Below, in pieces: positions 53,429 to 64,000 of a DNA stretch of 64,000 nucleotides. The stretch covers positions 143,070 through 207,069 of the forward strand of contig CAVUZH010000025.1 of assembly GCA_963745835.1 (NCBI GenBank). The letters are read 5' to 3'. A program made the position numbers and the translations under genes. The stretch is from an uncultured delta proteobacterium. Its GTDB lineage: Bacteria > Desulfobacterota > Binatia > UBA9968. Position 1 is the first letter of the stretch. The number at the start of each line of letters is the position of its first letter. Under the pieces are notes generated by a model. The model was not told the origin of the DNA. It made no database searches and was given only the letters and a program-made list of their open reading frames with translations.

Positions 53429-54570
53429 AGCCTGCCCGGCACGAAGCGCCCGAGCCCCGGCAGGATGAAGAAAAGGCCGATCTCCAGGATTTACTGCCCA
53501 CTCAGCGAGCTCTGGATATTCGCTCGCTTTCGCTCACTGGTCTTTTCGTACTAGCAAGTTTTTATACCCTCTATTTTGCGCGCGATTTTATTTTGCCGAT
53601 ACTGCTGGCGTGGATTTTGAGCTCTCTCTTGGCGCCAATCGTTCGCCTCTTCAAACGTGTGCGTATCCCCGAGCCGTTAAGCGCCTTGTTTATCATCCTG
53701 GCTCTCTTGGGAACGCTATCCTTGGGCGCCTACAGTTTGTCTGATCCGGCCGCGGAATGGATTCAACGGGCGCCACAAAGCTTGAGCGGAGTGCGCGCGA
53801 AACTGCAAAGCATCCTGAGGCCGGTGCAAGGAGTTCAGGAGACTACCAAAGAACTAGAGAAGATGACGACCTTGGGCAAAGACGAGGAAACGACTGCAGT
53901 CGAAATAAAAAAACCCGGCTTGGGTGAAGTCGTCCTCAGCGGGGCGAAAAATTTTCTTCTTGCAGGCAGTGTGACCCTGGTGTTGCTTTACTTCCTGCTT
54001 GCCTCCGGAGACATGTTTCTGTTGAAGCTGGTGAAGATTCTGCCGACGCTGGAAGATAAGAAGCGCGCCGTCGAAATTTATCGCCAAATCGAAGCCGATG
54101 TATCGACCTATCTTTCTGTGGTGACTCTCATCAACCTCGGTTTTGGCTGCATCATCGGCTCTTCAATGTATCTGCTCGGTATGCCAAATCCACTGCTGTG
54201 GGGAGCCATGGCCGCCGTTCTCGCGTATATTCCGTATCTCGGCTCTCTGATCGGCATCAGCACGGTGACCGTGGTGGCGATCTTAACCTTTGACGATATC
54301 TTCCGCATCATGATGGTCCCGTCTATTTATTTCGCCCTCGATACCGTTGAAGCCAACTTGGTGACGCCGATGATTTTAGGCCGGAGACTTGCTCTGAACC
54401 CGGTGGTTATTTTTATTTGGCTCATCTTCTGCGGCTGGATTTGGGGTATCACCGGTGCTTTACTGGCGGTGCCGCTCCTGGCGATTATCAAGATCATCTG
54501 TGATCAGGTAGAGCAACTTACCCCGGTCGGTGAATTTCTTGGCACGGAGAGCAAAGTCGCTTCTTCTTGA
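53425..54570 (+). CDS. AI-2E family transporter
   Basis: YFLLASGD, IPYLG, EANLVTPMILG..LALNP, WGITGALLAVP. Confidence 0.9.
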   Translation: MKPARHEAPEPRQDEEKADLQDLLPTQRALDIRSLSLTGLFVLASFYTLYFARDFILPILLAWILSSLLAPIVRLFKRVRIPEPLSALFIILALLGTLSLGAYSLSDPAAEWIQRAPQSLSGVRAKLQSILRPVQGVQETTKELEKMTTLGKDEETTAVEIKKPGLGEVVLSGAKNFLLAGSVTLVLLYFLLASGDMFLLKLVKILPTLEDKKRAVEIYRQIEADVSTYLSVVTLINLGFGCIIGSSMYLLGMPNPLLWGAMAAVLAYIPYLGSLIGISTVTVVAILTFDDIFRIMMVPSIYFALDTVEANLVTPMILGRRLALNPVVIFIWLIFCGWIWGITGALLAVPLLAIIKIICDQVEQLTPVGEFLGTESKVASS

Positions 54571-54628
54571 AAATCATTCAAAAGCCGATCGTCACTAGAA
54601 CCTAAACGCGCGTTAAGGCCAATAAAAC

Positions 54629-54678
54629 CAAGCCCCAGGCGCCTTCTTTGTTTGGAAGGTCTTGGGGCTTGTTGTTTC
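54629..54678 (+). terminator. Probable intrinsic terminator
   Basis: CAAGCCCCA...TGGGGCTTG stem with inner CCTTC/GAAGG, followed by TTGTTT. Confidence 0.6.
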
Positions 54679-55139
54679 TAGTATACGGACAAAATGCGGA
54701 CACGAATATTATCATCCGTCATGACCAAACCGTCCAGAGAAGGGACTTGCTTGGCGCACGCCGAGCCGTTTCTTGGATCGCTTCCACAATACCTCTGGAC
54801 CGCGGGACGTCAGGAGGCAAGCCTTCGCATCTTCCGGTAATTCGCATTTGTCCGCCCTCTCCCAGCATTAGACCAAAGTCCAATACAAACTTTCTCGACG
54901 CTCCAATAAATTGGGCTCGGGCGATGGTATTGGTCCAATTTTCCTTTTTTAGCGGCACAGGCGGAGAAGCCTTAGATGTGCGCAAGGTCCGTGTTCGTGG
55001 AGCGTTTACGTGACCAAAACTTCGCACGAGCTGGCCGCCACGCAACAGATTGGTAACGGAAATAATATGCGAAAAAGAAAACGGCGGGATTTGGCCAACT
55101 GTAGTGTCCCGATACAGGATCGGTTGCCGGACGACCGGC

Positions 55140-55516
55140 AATGTCGCGCTGTTTTTATGTCTGCTCCTTTTACTTTGCCCGCATGGTCCGCGGAAACGGA
55201 AGAGGTAAACAACGGATAAGACCCTGACGCGATTGGATTTAAGATATCAATATCAGAACCTGCCAGCTTGCGACTCGTCTCGACGTTCCGCTGTTTCTCA
55301 CCGAGGCTGTTAGTGGGGATAACCCAAGAGGCGTCTAACCAGTTTGGCCAAGGTGATTTGCTGTTTCAAGGTTTGCGAATAAATGCGCCGACTACTGATT
55401 TCGCCTGGGCGGTCGGCGCGCAGGCGATTTTTCCGACCGCGCGAGAGGAAGAAATGGGCGGCGGAAAGTACCGACTCGTGACGACCGTCGGACTGCGGCT
55501 CAAGATGTTGTTCTAA
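55140..55516 (+). pseudogene. Degraded outer-membrane channel (MetA-pathway/neuromedin-U-like) gene
   Basis: Fragments EEVNNG*DP, RLDLRYQY, GDLLFQ..WAVG...FPTA.EE.MG.GKY in several frames with stops. Confidence 0.45.
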
Positions 55517-55995
55517 GAAGTTGGGCCGAGTGATGAATCGTAGGAGGGGAGGGTTACTGAGGTCGCGTTGTTTTGATGGCAGTTGAGAAAAGAAAATTAA
55601 ATTAGAAAGAAAATTCGATGGCGCATTTTTGTTTGTTCTAGAAGGGAGACGATGAAACCTAAATTCCTTGCTTGCATTGGCACCGTGGTGAAGCTCCCTC
55701 AAACGACAAATGATCCTTGTTCAGTAACATTTGCCGACTCGAAGCCGGCCGAAAGGCGAAAGCCTAGAGAAGGAACGCGTGGGCCTTACCCTGCGAATGT
55801 ACAGCGACCTTAATCGAAATTGGGCTCCTTCGATAATTCAGCATCTTCTGCTCAGAATTCTCCAGAGCAAACAGTAGAGGCGTATACTTTGATTGCGTTG
55901 CCCTGTTCACAAATAGACACACCAATGTCAGAATCACGAGCGCAAATTGAAGGTGGCATAAGCCGCAAGACAACTCGTCTCCTAGGAGGTAATCC

Positions 55996-57252
55996 GTGAC
56001 AACAAGAACGCTAACGATCCGTGTCTCTCCCGCTGTGGAGCCTGCCCGCCGCATCATGTCAGTGATGGGTCCTCTAGCGCTCACCGGCGCGCTCCTGCTG
56101 TGCGGCTGTGCCGGTCCGCAGACGCGCCCGGAAGTTACGCGACAGCAACTCGTCCGTTTGCGCAACGCAAGCGATGAACAGTCCACGATAATGGCCCGGA
56201 GACTATTCGCCCGATTGCTGGAACGCACCAAGGTCGAATACGATCGATATACCGCGGGTCAAAGGAAAGAGCCGCCGGTTATCGATATCTTGATCGTCTC
56301 GGGCGGAGGGGACTGGGGGGCCTTTGGAGCGGGATTTCTCAAGGGCTGGCAAAAGGTACCCGCCCAGCACCCACTCGCCAAGCCTGAGTTCGATGCGGTA
56401 ACCGGAGTAAGCACCGGCACGCTGATCGCACCGTTTGCGTTCTTGGGCGACGCGCAGTCGATTGATGAGATAGTCAACCTCTATCGAAACCCGGAGCAGG
56501 ACTGGGTGAAGAACCGCGGGTTTCTTTATTTTCTGCCTAACAATATTTCATTCGCCGAAGTGCCCGGGCTCGAGCGCGAGATGCGCAAGCACATCACCGT
56601 GGACATGATTCGCCGCATCGCGAAGGCGGGCGCCGACGGTCGACTTCTGGCGGTCAATACGACCAACCTAGATGACGCCTCGTCGCGGGTCTTCGACCTC
56701 GTGGGAGAAGCCCAAGTCGCCTCTGATTCCGGCCAGCTTGAACGGATTCACAATATCATGCTCGCCTCCGCTGGGATTCCCGGTGCTTTCCCATTCCGTA
56801 TGATCGACGACGAACTCTACGTTGACGGCGGCGTTACCGGAAACATCATCTACGGCGGGCGTGTTACCGAAGAGGATAGCTTACCGGCCGCATGGCAAAA
56901 GATCTATCCGAACCTGCCCATCCCGAAGATGCGCTATTGGGTGATTTTTAACAATCAGTTCCGTCCAGTGCCCGAGGTTACAGCGCCGAGATGGCCGGCG
57001 GTCATTACACGAAGCCTTGAGACGTCTACCCGCGCGGCGACGGCTACCGCTGTGCGGCATCTTTACGCTATGGCCGAGATCTCGCGGCTCAAGCGCAAGG
57101 CCGAAGTGGAAGTGCGTATCGTTTCGATACCTGGCGATTGGTTCCCTCCAGTACCTGGGATCTTTATCAAAGAGAGTATGAACAATCTCACTGATCTAGG
57201 CGAGAAGATGGGCGCAGACCCGGCGAGTTGGAGCAACGACCCACCGCCTTGA
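55996..57252 (+). CDS. Patatin-like phospholipase lipoprotein
   Basis: LCGC lipobox, SGGGDWGAFGAG, GVSTG (nucleophile), DGG; RBS AGGAGG. Confidence 0.9.
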   Translation: MTTRTLTIRVSPAVEPARRIMSVMGPLALTGALLLCGCAGPQTRPEVTRQQLVRLRNASDEQSTIMARRLFARLLERTKVEYDRYTAGQRKEPPVIDILIVSGGGDWGAFGAGFLKGWQKVPAQHPLAKPEFDAVTGVSTGTLIAPFAFLGDAQSIDEIVNLYRNPEQDWVKNRGFLYFLPNNISFAEVPGLEREMRKHITVDMIRRIAKAGADGRLLAVNTTNLDDASSRVFDLVGEAQVASDSGQLERIHNIMLASAGIPGAFPFRMIDDELYVDGGVTGNIIYGGRVTEEDSLPAAWQKIYPNLPIPKMRYWVIFNNQFRPVPEVTAPRWPAVITRSLETSTRAATATAVRHLYAMAEISRLKRKAEVEVRIVSIPGDWFPPVPGIFIKESMNNLTDLGEKMGADPASWSNDPPP

Positions 57253-57523
57253 GCATCGACGTATGCCGAAGATTCCGGATGGAACTTTGACACTGAGGTT
57301 TCGTATGCAGGGAAAGCTGAAGATTCTCTTCCTCTGGTGCTGATTTTACCCGGGTTAAGTGCCGGGGCCTGTAACCAGCACGGCTCAACCCGTGAACGAT
57401 CCGGTCCCGTCCTGAAACGATGGACCGGCCGAGTTTATGCTTTGGCGGTACCTGTGGAGATCTTTAGGAAATCGTTAACTCTTCTTAGCTGCTGAAGTCT
57501 TCGTGATGGTCTTAAGCTTCCCG

Positions 57524-59428
57524 TTATACTAAATCGTCCAGTGCTTGCATAATCTCGTCCTGCACCTCGGGTTTATGCAAGCCGCCCAGATGACCTCCGG
57601 CGGGGAAAAACTGGACGTTCTTTTCACCCACAGTCTTGGTTATCCATTCGATATCTTCCTTCGCAACGAGAAAATCGTTGCGGTTGGCAAAGTGCCGGAT
57701 CTTGCCGCTGGCTTTCAGCGCGTCGCCAATCGAACGCAGATCGTTGAGCTTCAGCATTTGCTCCGCGCTCTCGATTGCCGCATCATGCTTCATGTAGTAG
57801 GGAATCACGAAACCGTAGACATACTCCAGCCAAGAATAGTCGAGGATTTCCTCGTACGCGGGGCCCCGCCGGAACCAGCTGCGGTCGGTTTGTAAGATGC
57901 CTGAGTCTTGACGGGTTTGGGAATTGTAAATGATGCCGGCGAGCGTCAAGCGATAAGCTCAAGCCGATGATAAACTGGGCTTCAATTTCCGTTAAGGGCA
58001 GCTCGATATCCGGCTCCAGTTGTCCCTTGGCCAGGCTGAGGGGTCTTCTGAAGGATGTTTTTGATGCGGTCGGCGCGCTCTTGAGGAGGGAAGGCCAGCG
58101 GCGCGTTATAAAAAGCGTCGAGCTCCTCCATGCCTAGCGTTGAGTTGCACCGGCGCATCCAGTGTGATGTAGCGATCAGAAGCTAATGAGCTTGTTGCCT
58201 GCGCTTTGTTCTGCGGCAGCAATAAAAAAAGCATGAAACGCTCCCATTGAATAACCCATCAACACGCGCTTGGTGATGCGGCCAGGGAATTGTGCGGCGA
58301 GGTCTCGATAGACCGCGTCGAGAGCGACGTGTGTATCGCGCGCATCAACCGGAGTGTGACCCGGCATGGCAGCAGTTGATGCGCGTTCCATAAATTCCCA
58401 GTTGTAGGCGCTGCCGAGAATAGCCACTGAAAATCCCCGGCGATAAGCCATCTCCGCTAGCGCTAGCGCACTGCCGCTGTAGCGATGCCCACCTAAGCCG
58501 GGCAAGACAAATGTGAGCGGTGCCGGTTTGTCCTGCAGTTTGAAACTATAGGGCAGGTTTCTTCCCGTAGACGGCAGTGAAACCTCGCGTGTATGGGTCG
58601 TCGACGGAAAGTCAGGATCTTTGACGTTCAAAAATAGCAACTCTAGACTCTCTACCGCAGCGGCTTTTTCGTCCACATACTCGAAATCTTCAACGCTCAT
58701 TGACCGGTTGAGCAACCATACGATCCGTGAGGTGGCGTAAGCGTCATAAGCCGACTCGGTAAATTGTTTATAAGACTCAAAGGAATCGGATAGCTCGTTA
58801 AAAGTAAATGTCAGACGGGGGAGAAAGAAGTAGCTCGCAGGGTCGGTCACGGAGTCCGGCAATAGCCCGAGCGCATCCCTTAGCGTTGAGGGACCGAGTA
58901 GCGGCAACATTAAATACGCCGAGGGCTTCCAGCCCCAGGCGGCCAACACTTGGCCAAAATCCTCCCGCGATGGCTGAATGCCCCATTCGGTGGCGGGATC
59001 GAAGAAGCCGAACAGTCCGACCGTGGTGTTGATGACGAAGCGCAGCGTTTCATCGCCAGCGCCGGCTAACTTACCCTGAAACAAATTGGCCAAGACATGG
59101 CGTGGATAAAGAATATTCGTGCCGAAACGCGTCAGACTCTCCCGCACTGGTTTAGGTACTAAAATGCGGTAGCCCTTGGATAAAGGATCGGCGACTCCTA
59201 AAATCGCCGCGTGATTGAACACGCCAATCGTTCGGTTCATCCGTTCGAGCGATCCGAAAATTCGATGAATTCACGGACATCAATCTCTATCCTTTGGAAT
59301 TGTTCGGCGCCCGGAGCGCGGTAGTCCGACCAGTCGCGACGCTGCACGGTATGACTGCAGCCCAAACATAAAAGTCCAATGAGCATCCATGTTGCGTAGT
59401 GGTTCTTGCAAAACTGAAGTCCCAGCAT
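57524..59428 (-). CDS. MlaA/VacJ-type lipoprotein fused to an alpha/beta-hydrolase, split by frameshifts
   Basis: LGC lipobox; RFVINTTVGLFGFFDPA, EDFGQ, YLMLPLLGPSTLRD (MlaA) in the same ORF as GYSMG; C-terminal NDFL..GGHLG. Confidence 0.8.
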
Positions 59429-59990
59429 AAACGAGTCGTTCTTCGCGTTCTGCCAGTCTCTGTCGTGGTCACTTCTCAGTTACTTACGACCGCTTCACTA
59501 GCAGCATCTTAGCCCTTTAACTATTGGACTTTCGTCCAATGAATCATCCGGGCTTCCCTACCCGCGGGAGCAAGCTGTACTCGTAACAAGTCCTCGTTCG
59601 AGAAGCTCAACGAGTGAGAGGGAAGCGACTACGTCAGCAAAATTTCAAAAGCCCGTTCGCCTCGTAGATAGATCATCGGCGCGCCGGTCACCCTCGTGAT
59701 ATTGGACACATTCCACCGACGAGCATCCGCGGGTGGCTGATCCGGAATCTTGATGTTGGACCAAAGTCCAATAGTCCTGCAATTGACTCCCTGATAATTT
59801 GCCCGCGGTCGCGATCCGTCGAGCGACGAGATGGTTGCACAGTTATGGCAAATCGCAGCGCTTTCGGCTTTTGGCCGGAGCAGACTGAGATGCAGCATTT
59901 TTCGAGAGCAGCGCGACGGCTGGAAGTTCGGAGCGATCGCTATGAATGCACTTAGCAAACAGAATCAGCAAGAAGAGGAGTGCAACAGCA

Positions 59991-61977
59991 ATGGCAAAGA
60001 AGAAATCACTGCTAAATTCAGCAAAAAACATGAGACGTCGTGACTTCATAAAGATCGCCGCGGCGACGGCTGCCGGCGTCGCCGTACCAGTGCTGGCGCA
60101 GATGCAGACCGACGTCGGCACGCTCGATAAGGAGCAAGCCGCTAAAGCCTTCCCCAGCAAATCGCCGTACTCGCCGTACGCGGGACACGATTTTCCGACC
60201 CGGCCGTTTTTCGGCGACACCCACACACACACGTCGTTCTCGATGGATGCCGGCGCTTTCGGCGCTCGGCATCGGTCCGGCCGATGCCTACCGCTTCGGC
60301 AAGGGACAAGAAGTTGTCGCCTCCAGCGGCCAGCGCGCCAAGCTCTCGCGTCCGCTCGATTTCATGGCGGTCACCGATCATTCAGACCAAATGGGATTTT
60401 TCCCGGATCTCTTCGCGGGCAAGGCTGAAATACTCGGCGATCCGGCGGGGCGCAGGTGGTACGACATGATTCAGTCGGGCAAGGGCGCGGAAGCAGCCGT
60501 TGAAATTATCGTGGCGTTTTCCCAGGGTACCTTCCCTAAGAAACTGCAGTATTTGCCGGGTTCGTCGGCGTACCGCAGCGCCTGGCGCGAAACGATCAAG
60601 ACAGCGGACGATGCTAACGACCCCGGCCGGTTTACGGCCTTCATCGGCTTCGAGTGGACCTCGAACACCGGCGGCAACAATCTCCACCGAAACGTCATCT
60701 TTCGCGAAAACGGAGAGCGCGCTCGTTTAGTCGAGCCGTTCACCGTTTATCCGCCGCTCGGCAGCGATAATCCGCGCGATCTCTGGAAATGGATGGCCAC
60801 TGGCGGAAGAAAAAACCGGCAGCGAAGTGCTGGCCCTGGCGCACAATGGCAACCTCAGCAACGGCCGCATGTTCCCGATCATCGAGTCGTTCACAGGTAA
60901 CAAGATCGACCGTGCTTACGCCGACGGCCGCACTCGCTGGGAGCCGCTCTACGAAGTGACGCAGATCAAAGGGGACGGCGAAACCCATCCGTTCCTCTCG
61001 CCCAACGATGAGTTCGCCAACTTCGAGCGCTGGGACAAGGGCAATCTCGATCTCAGCGAACCGAAGAAGCCCGAAATGCTCGAGTTCGAATACGCTCGCG
61101 CGGCGCTGAAGAACGGCCTCAAGCTGGAAGCCGAGCTCGGCATCAATCCTTACAAGTTCGGACTGGTTGGCAGCACCGACACGCACACCGGGCTTGCCGC
61201 CGTCGAAGAGGATAATTTCTTCGGCAAGGCATCGAACTCCGAGCCCGGCCCGGACCGCGCTATTGCATCCCTGGATGAAAGCACCCAGCGGCGCAGTGAT
61301 CATGGGCTGGGAACAGACCACTTCCGGCTACGCCGCCGTCTGGGCCACGGAAAATACGCGCGCCGCCCTTTTCGACGCCATGAAGCGCAGGGAAGTTTAT
61401 GGCACCACCGGCCCGCGCATGATCGTGCGCTTCTTCGGCGGATTCGATTTCGAGGCGAGAGACGCGCAGACCCGCTTGCCGGCGAAAATCGGCTACACCA
61501 AGGGCGTACCCATGGGCGGCGATCTGTCGAACGCGCCCAAAGGCAAGGCGCCGACGTTTCTCGCCGCCGCTCTGAAAGACCCGATCGGCGCCAATCTGGA
61601 TCGCTATCAGATCATCAAGGGCTGGCTCGACGCCAAGGGCGCAGCTACACGAAAAGATCTACGACGTCGCCTGGTCCGGAAACCGCAAGTTGGATTCGAA
61701 AACCGGCAAGCTGCCCTCGGTGGGCAATACGGTGGATGTCGAGAACGCGACCTGGACCAACACCATCGGCGCAACCGAGCTGATCGCGGTGTGGAGAGAT
61801 CCGGAATTCGATCCGGCGCAGCGCGCTTTTTACTACGGGCGCGTGATCGAGATCCCGACGCCGCGCTGGACCGCCTACGACGCGAAATATTTCGGCGTCA
61901 AGATGCCAAAGGAAGTGCCGATGACCACCACCGAGCGCGCCTACACTTCGCCGATCTGGTATACGCCGGGAGCCTGA
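59991..61977 (+). CDS. DUF3604 (PHP-like metallohydrolase) with Tat signal, copy 1, several frameshifts
   Basis: RRRDFIK; [51 protein letters not shown]. Confidence 0.85.
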
Positions 61978-61996
61978 CATGGAATCCAGTCTTGTG

Positions 61997-62029
61997 AAGC
62001 AGCTGATGCGCGAACCGCTGCTGCATTTC
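61997..62029 (+). pseudogene. Stub of the PpiC-type peptidylprolyl isomerase gene that usually follows DUF3604
   Basis: GTG AAG CAG CTG ATG CGC GAA CCG CTG CTG CAT = [11 protein letters not shown], cut off by the start of copy 2. Confidence 0.5.
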
Positions 62030-64000
62030 AGCAATGGGAAGAAGAAATACTGCTAGATTAGCAAAAAAATAAAGTGTGATTATAAAGATGGGGGCGCTGC
62101 GGCCGTTGCAGTGCCGGTGCTGGCCCAGATGCAGACCGACGTCGGCACGCTCGATAAGGAGCAAGCCGCTAAAGCCTTCCCCAGCAAATCGCCGTACTCG
62201 CCGTACGCGGGCCGCGATTTTCCCACCCGGCCGTTTTTCGGCGATACGCATCTGCACACGTCCTTCTCCTTTGATGCAGGCGCGTTCGGCGCCCGCATCG
62301 GGCCGGCCGATGGCTATCGGTTCGGCAAGGGACAAGAGATTGTCGCGTCCAGCGGGCAGCGGGTGAAGCTTTCGCGTCCCCTCGATTTTATGATGGTCGC
62401 CGATCATTCGGACCAAATGGGATTTTTCCCGGATCTCTTCGCGGGTAAGCCCGAAATACTCGGTGATCCGGCGGGGCGCAAGTGGTACGAGATGATTCAG
62501 TCGGGCAAGGGCGCGGAAGCGGCCTTTGAAATGGTTGTGGCGTTTTCCCAGGGTACCTTCCCTAAAAAACTGCTGTATTTACCGGGTTCGTCAGCGTACC
62601 GCAGCGCCTGGCGCGAAACGATCAAGGCAGCGGACGATGCGAACGACCCCGGCCGGTTTACGGCCTTCATCGGCTTCGAGTGGTCCTCGAACACCGGCGG
62701 CAACAATCTGCATCGCAATGTTATCTTTCGCGAAAACGGCGACCGGGCGCGGTTGGTCGAACCATTGACCTGTTACCCCGCCGTTGGGCACCGATAATCC
62801 GCGCGATCTCTGGAAATGGATGGCCACTGTGGAGGAGAAGACCGGCAGCGAAGTGCTCGCCCTTGCGCACAACGGCAATCTTAGCAACGGGCGTATGTTT
62901 CCTATCATCGAGTCTTTCACGGGCAACAGAATTGACCGCGCGTATGCCGAGGGCCGGACGCGTTGGGAACCTCTCTACGAACTGACGCAAATCAAAGGCG
63001 ACGGCGAAACCCATCCGTTGCTTTCGCCCAACGATGAGTTCGCCAACTTCGAGCGCTGGGACAGAGGCAATCTCGATCTGAGCGAACCGAAGAAGCCCGA
63101 GATGCTCGAGTTCGAATACGCGCGCGCGGCGCTCAAAAACGGCCTCACGCTGGAAGCCGAACTCGGCGTCAATCCTTACAAGTTCGGTCTCGTTGGCAGC
63201 ACCGACTCACATACGGGGCTCGCCGCCGTGGAAGAGGACAATTTTTTCGGCAAGGTATCGAGCGAGGAGCCGAGCCCGGACCGCGCTATTCATCCCTTCC
63301 TCAAGGCACCCAGCGGCGCAGTGATCATGGGCTGGGAGCAAACAGCTTCGGGCTGCGCCGCCGTCTGGGCCACCGAAAATACGCGCGCCGCCCTTTTCGA
63401 CGCCATGAAGCGGAGGGAAGCCTATGGCACCACCGGCCCGCGCATGATCGTGCGCTTCTTTGGCGGATTCGATTTCGAGGCGAGAGACGCGCAGAACCGC
63501 TTGCCGGCGAAGATCGGTTACAGCAAGGGCGTGCCCATGGGCGGCGACCTGTCGAATGCGCCCAAAGGCAAGGCGCCGACGTTTCTCGCTGCCGCTCTGA
63601 AAGACCCGATCGGCGCCAATCTGGATCGCTATCAGATCATCAAGGGCTGGCTCGACGCCAAGGGGCAGGTCCACGAAAAGATCTACGACGTCGCCTGGTC
63701 CGGGGACCGCAAGCTGGATCCGAAAACCGGCAAGCTGCCTCCTGTGGGCAGTACGGTGGATGTCGAGAACGCGATCTGGACCAACACGATCGGCGTCACC
63801 GAGCTGATCGCGGTGTGGAGAGATCCGGAATTCGATCCGGCGCAGCGCGCTTTTTACTATGGGCGCGTGATCGAGATCCCGACGCCGCGCTGGACCGCCT
63901 ACGACGCGAAATACTTCGGCGTCAAGATGCCCAAGGAAGTGCCCATGACCACCACCGAGCGCGCCTACACTTCGCCGATCTGGTATACGCCGGGAGCCTG
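62030..64000 (+). CDS. DUF3604 copy 2 (tandem paralogue; eroded Tat signal; frameshift near 62785; stop codon cut by window end)
   Basis: Co-linear with 59987-61976; both end TGGTATACGCCGGGAGCCTG. Confidence 0.85.

Noticed and set aside
55730-55775. GAAA-tetraloop hairpins (GCCGAAAGGCGAAAGCCT) suggesting a ribozyme or riboswitch
   Set aside because: No hammerhead CUGANGA core or c-di-GMP riboswitch consensus found; the two hairpins overlap.

Overview
A 64 kb bacterial window, almost entirely + strand, from a diderm organism. It resembles soil Deltaproteobacteria/Binatia, but that assignment is inference. It has four blocks. (1) 1-32.3 kb: a large surface-polysaccharide locus with wzt, an aminotransferase, acetyl- and methyltransferases, a CDP-glucose/C-methyl-sugar module, gmd/fcl, a PglF/CapD-type dehydratase and a nucleotide-sugar dehydrogenase. 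Two of its enzymes carry closely related PAS domains (RfbG-PAS and PAS-TM-SGNH). Embedded in it is a RiPP-like cassette: PqqD/RRE, a 61-aa peptide with RRxFxK and YxxPxI motifs, an HPr-kinase-like kinase and a nucleotidyltransferase, with no lasso protease or intact cyclase. (2) 33.4-47.1 kb: signalling genes, namely a PAS histidine kinase with a degenerate ATP domain, a sigma54 activator, a stressosome (rsbRST plus phosphatase) and two hybrid kinases, one with a FixL-like heme PAS. (3) 47.4-54.6 kb: small general-stress-type genes, several preceded by sigma54 -24/-12 motifs. (4) 55-64 kb: a patatin, an MlaA/alpha-beta-hydrolase fusion and a tandem DUF3604 duplication. A 169-nt internally deleted group II intron lies at 4598-4766. 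Many conserved genes carry single-base frameshifts, often at short homopolymers, which points to long-read consensus errors rather than true pseudogenes. All calls come from motif recognition by eye; no searches were run.
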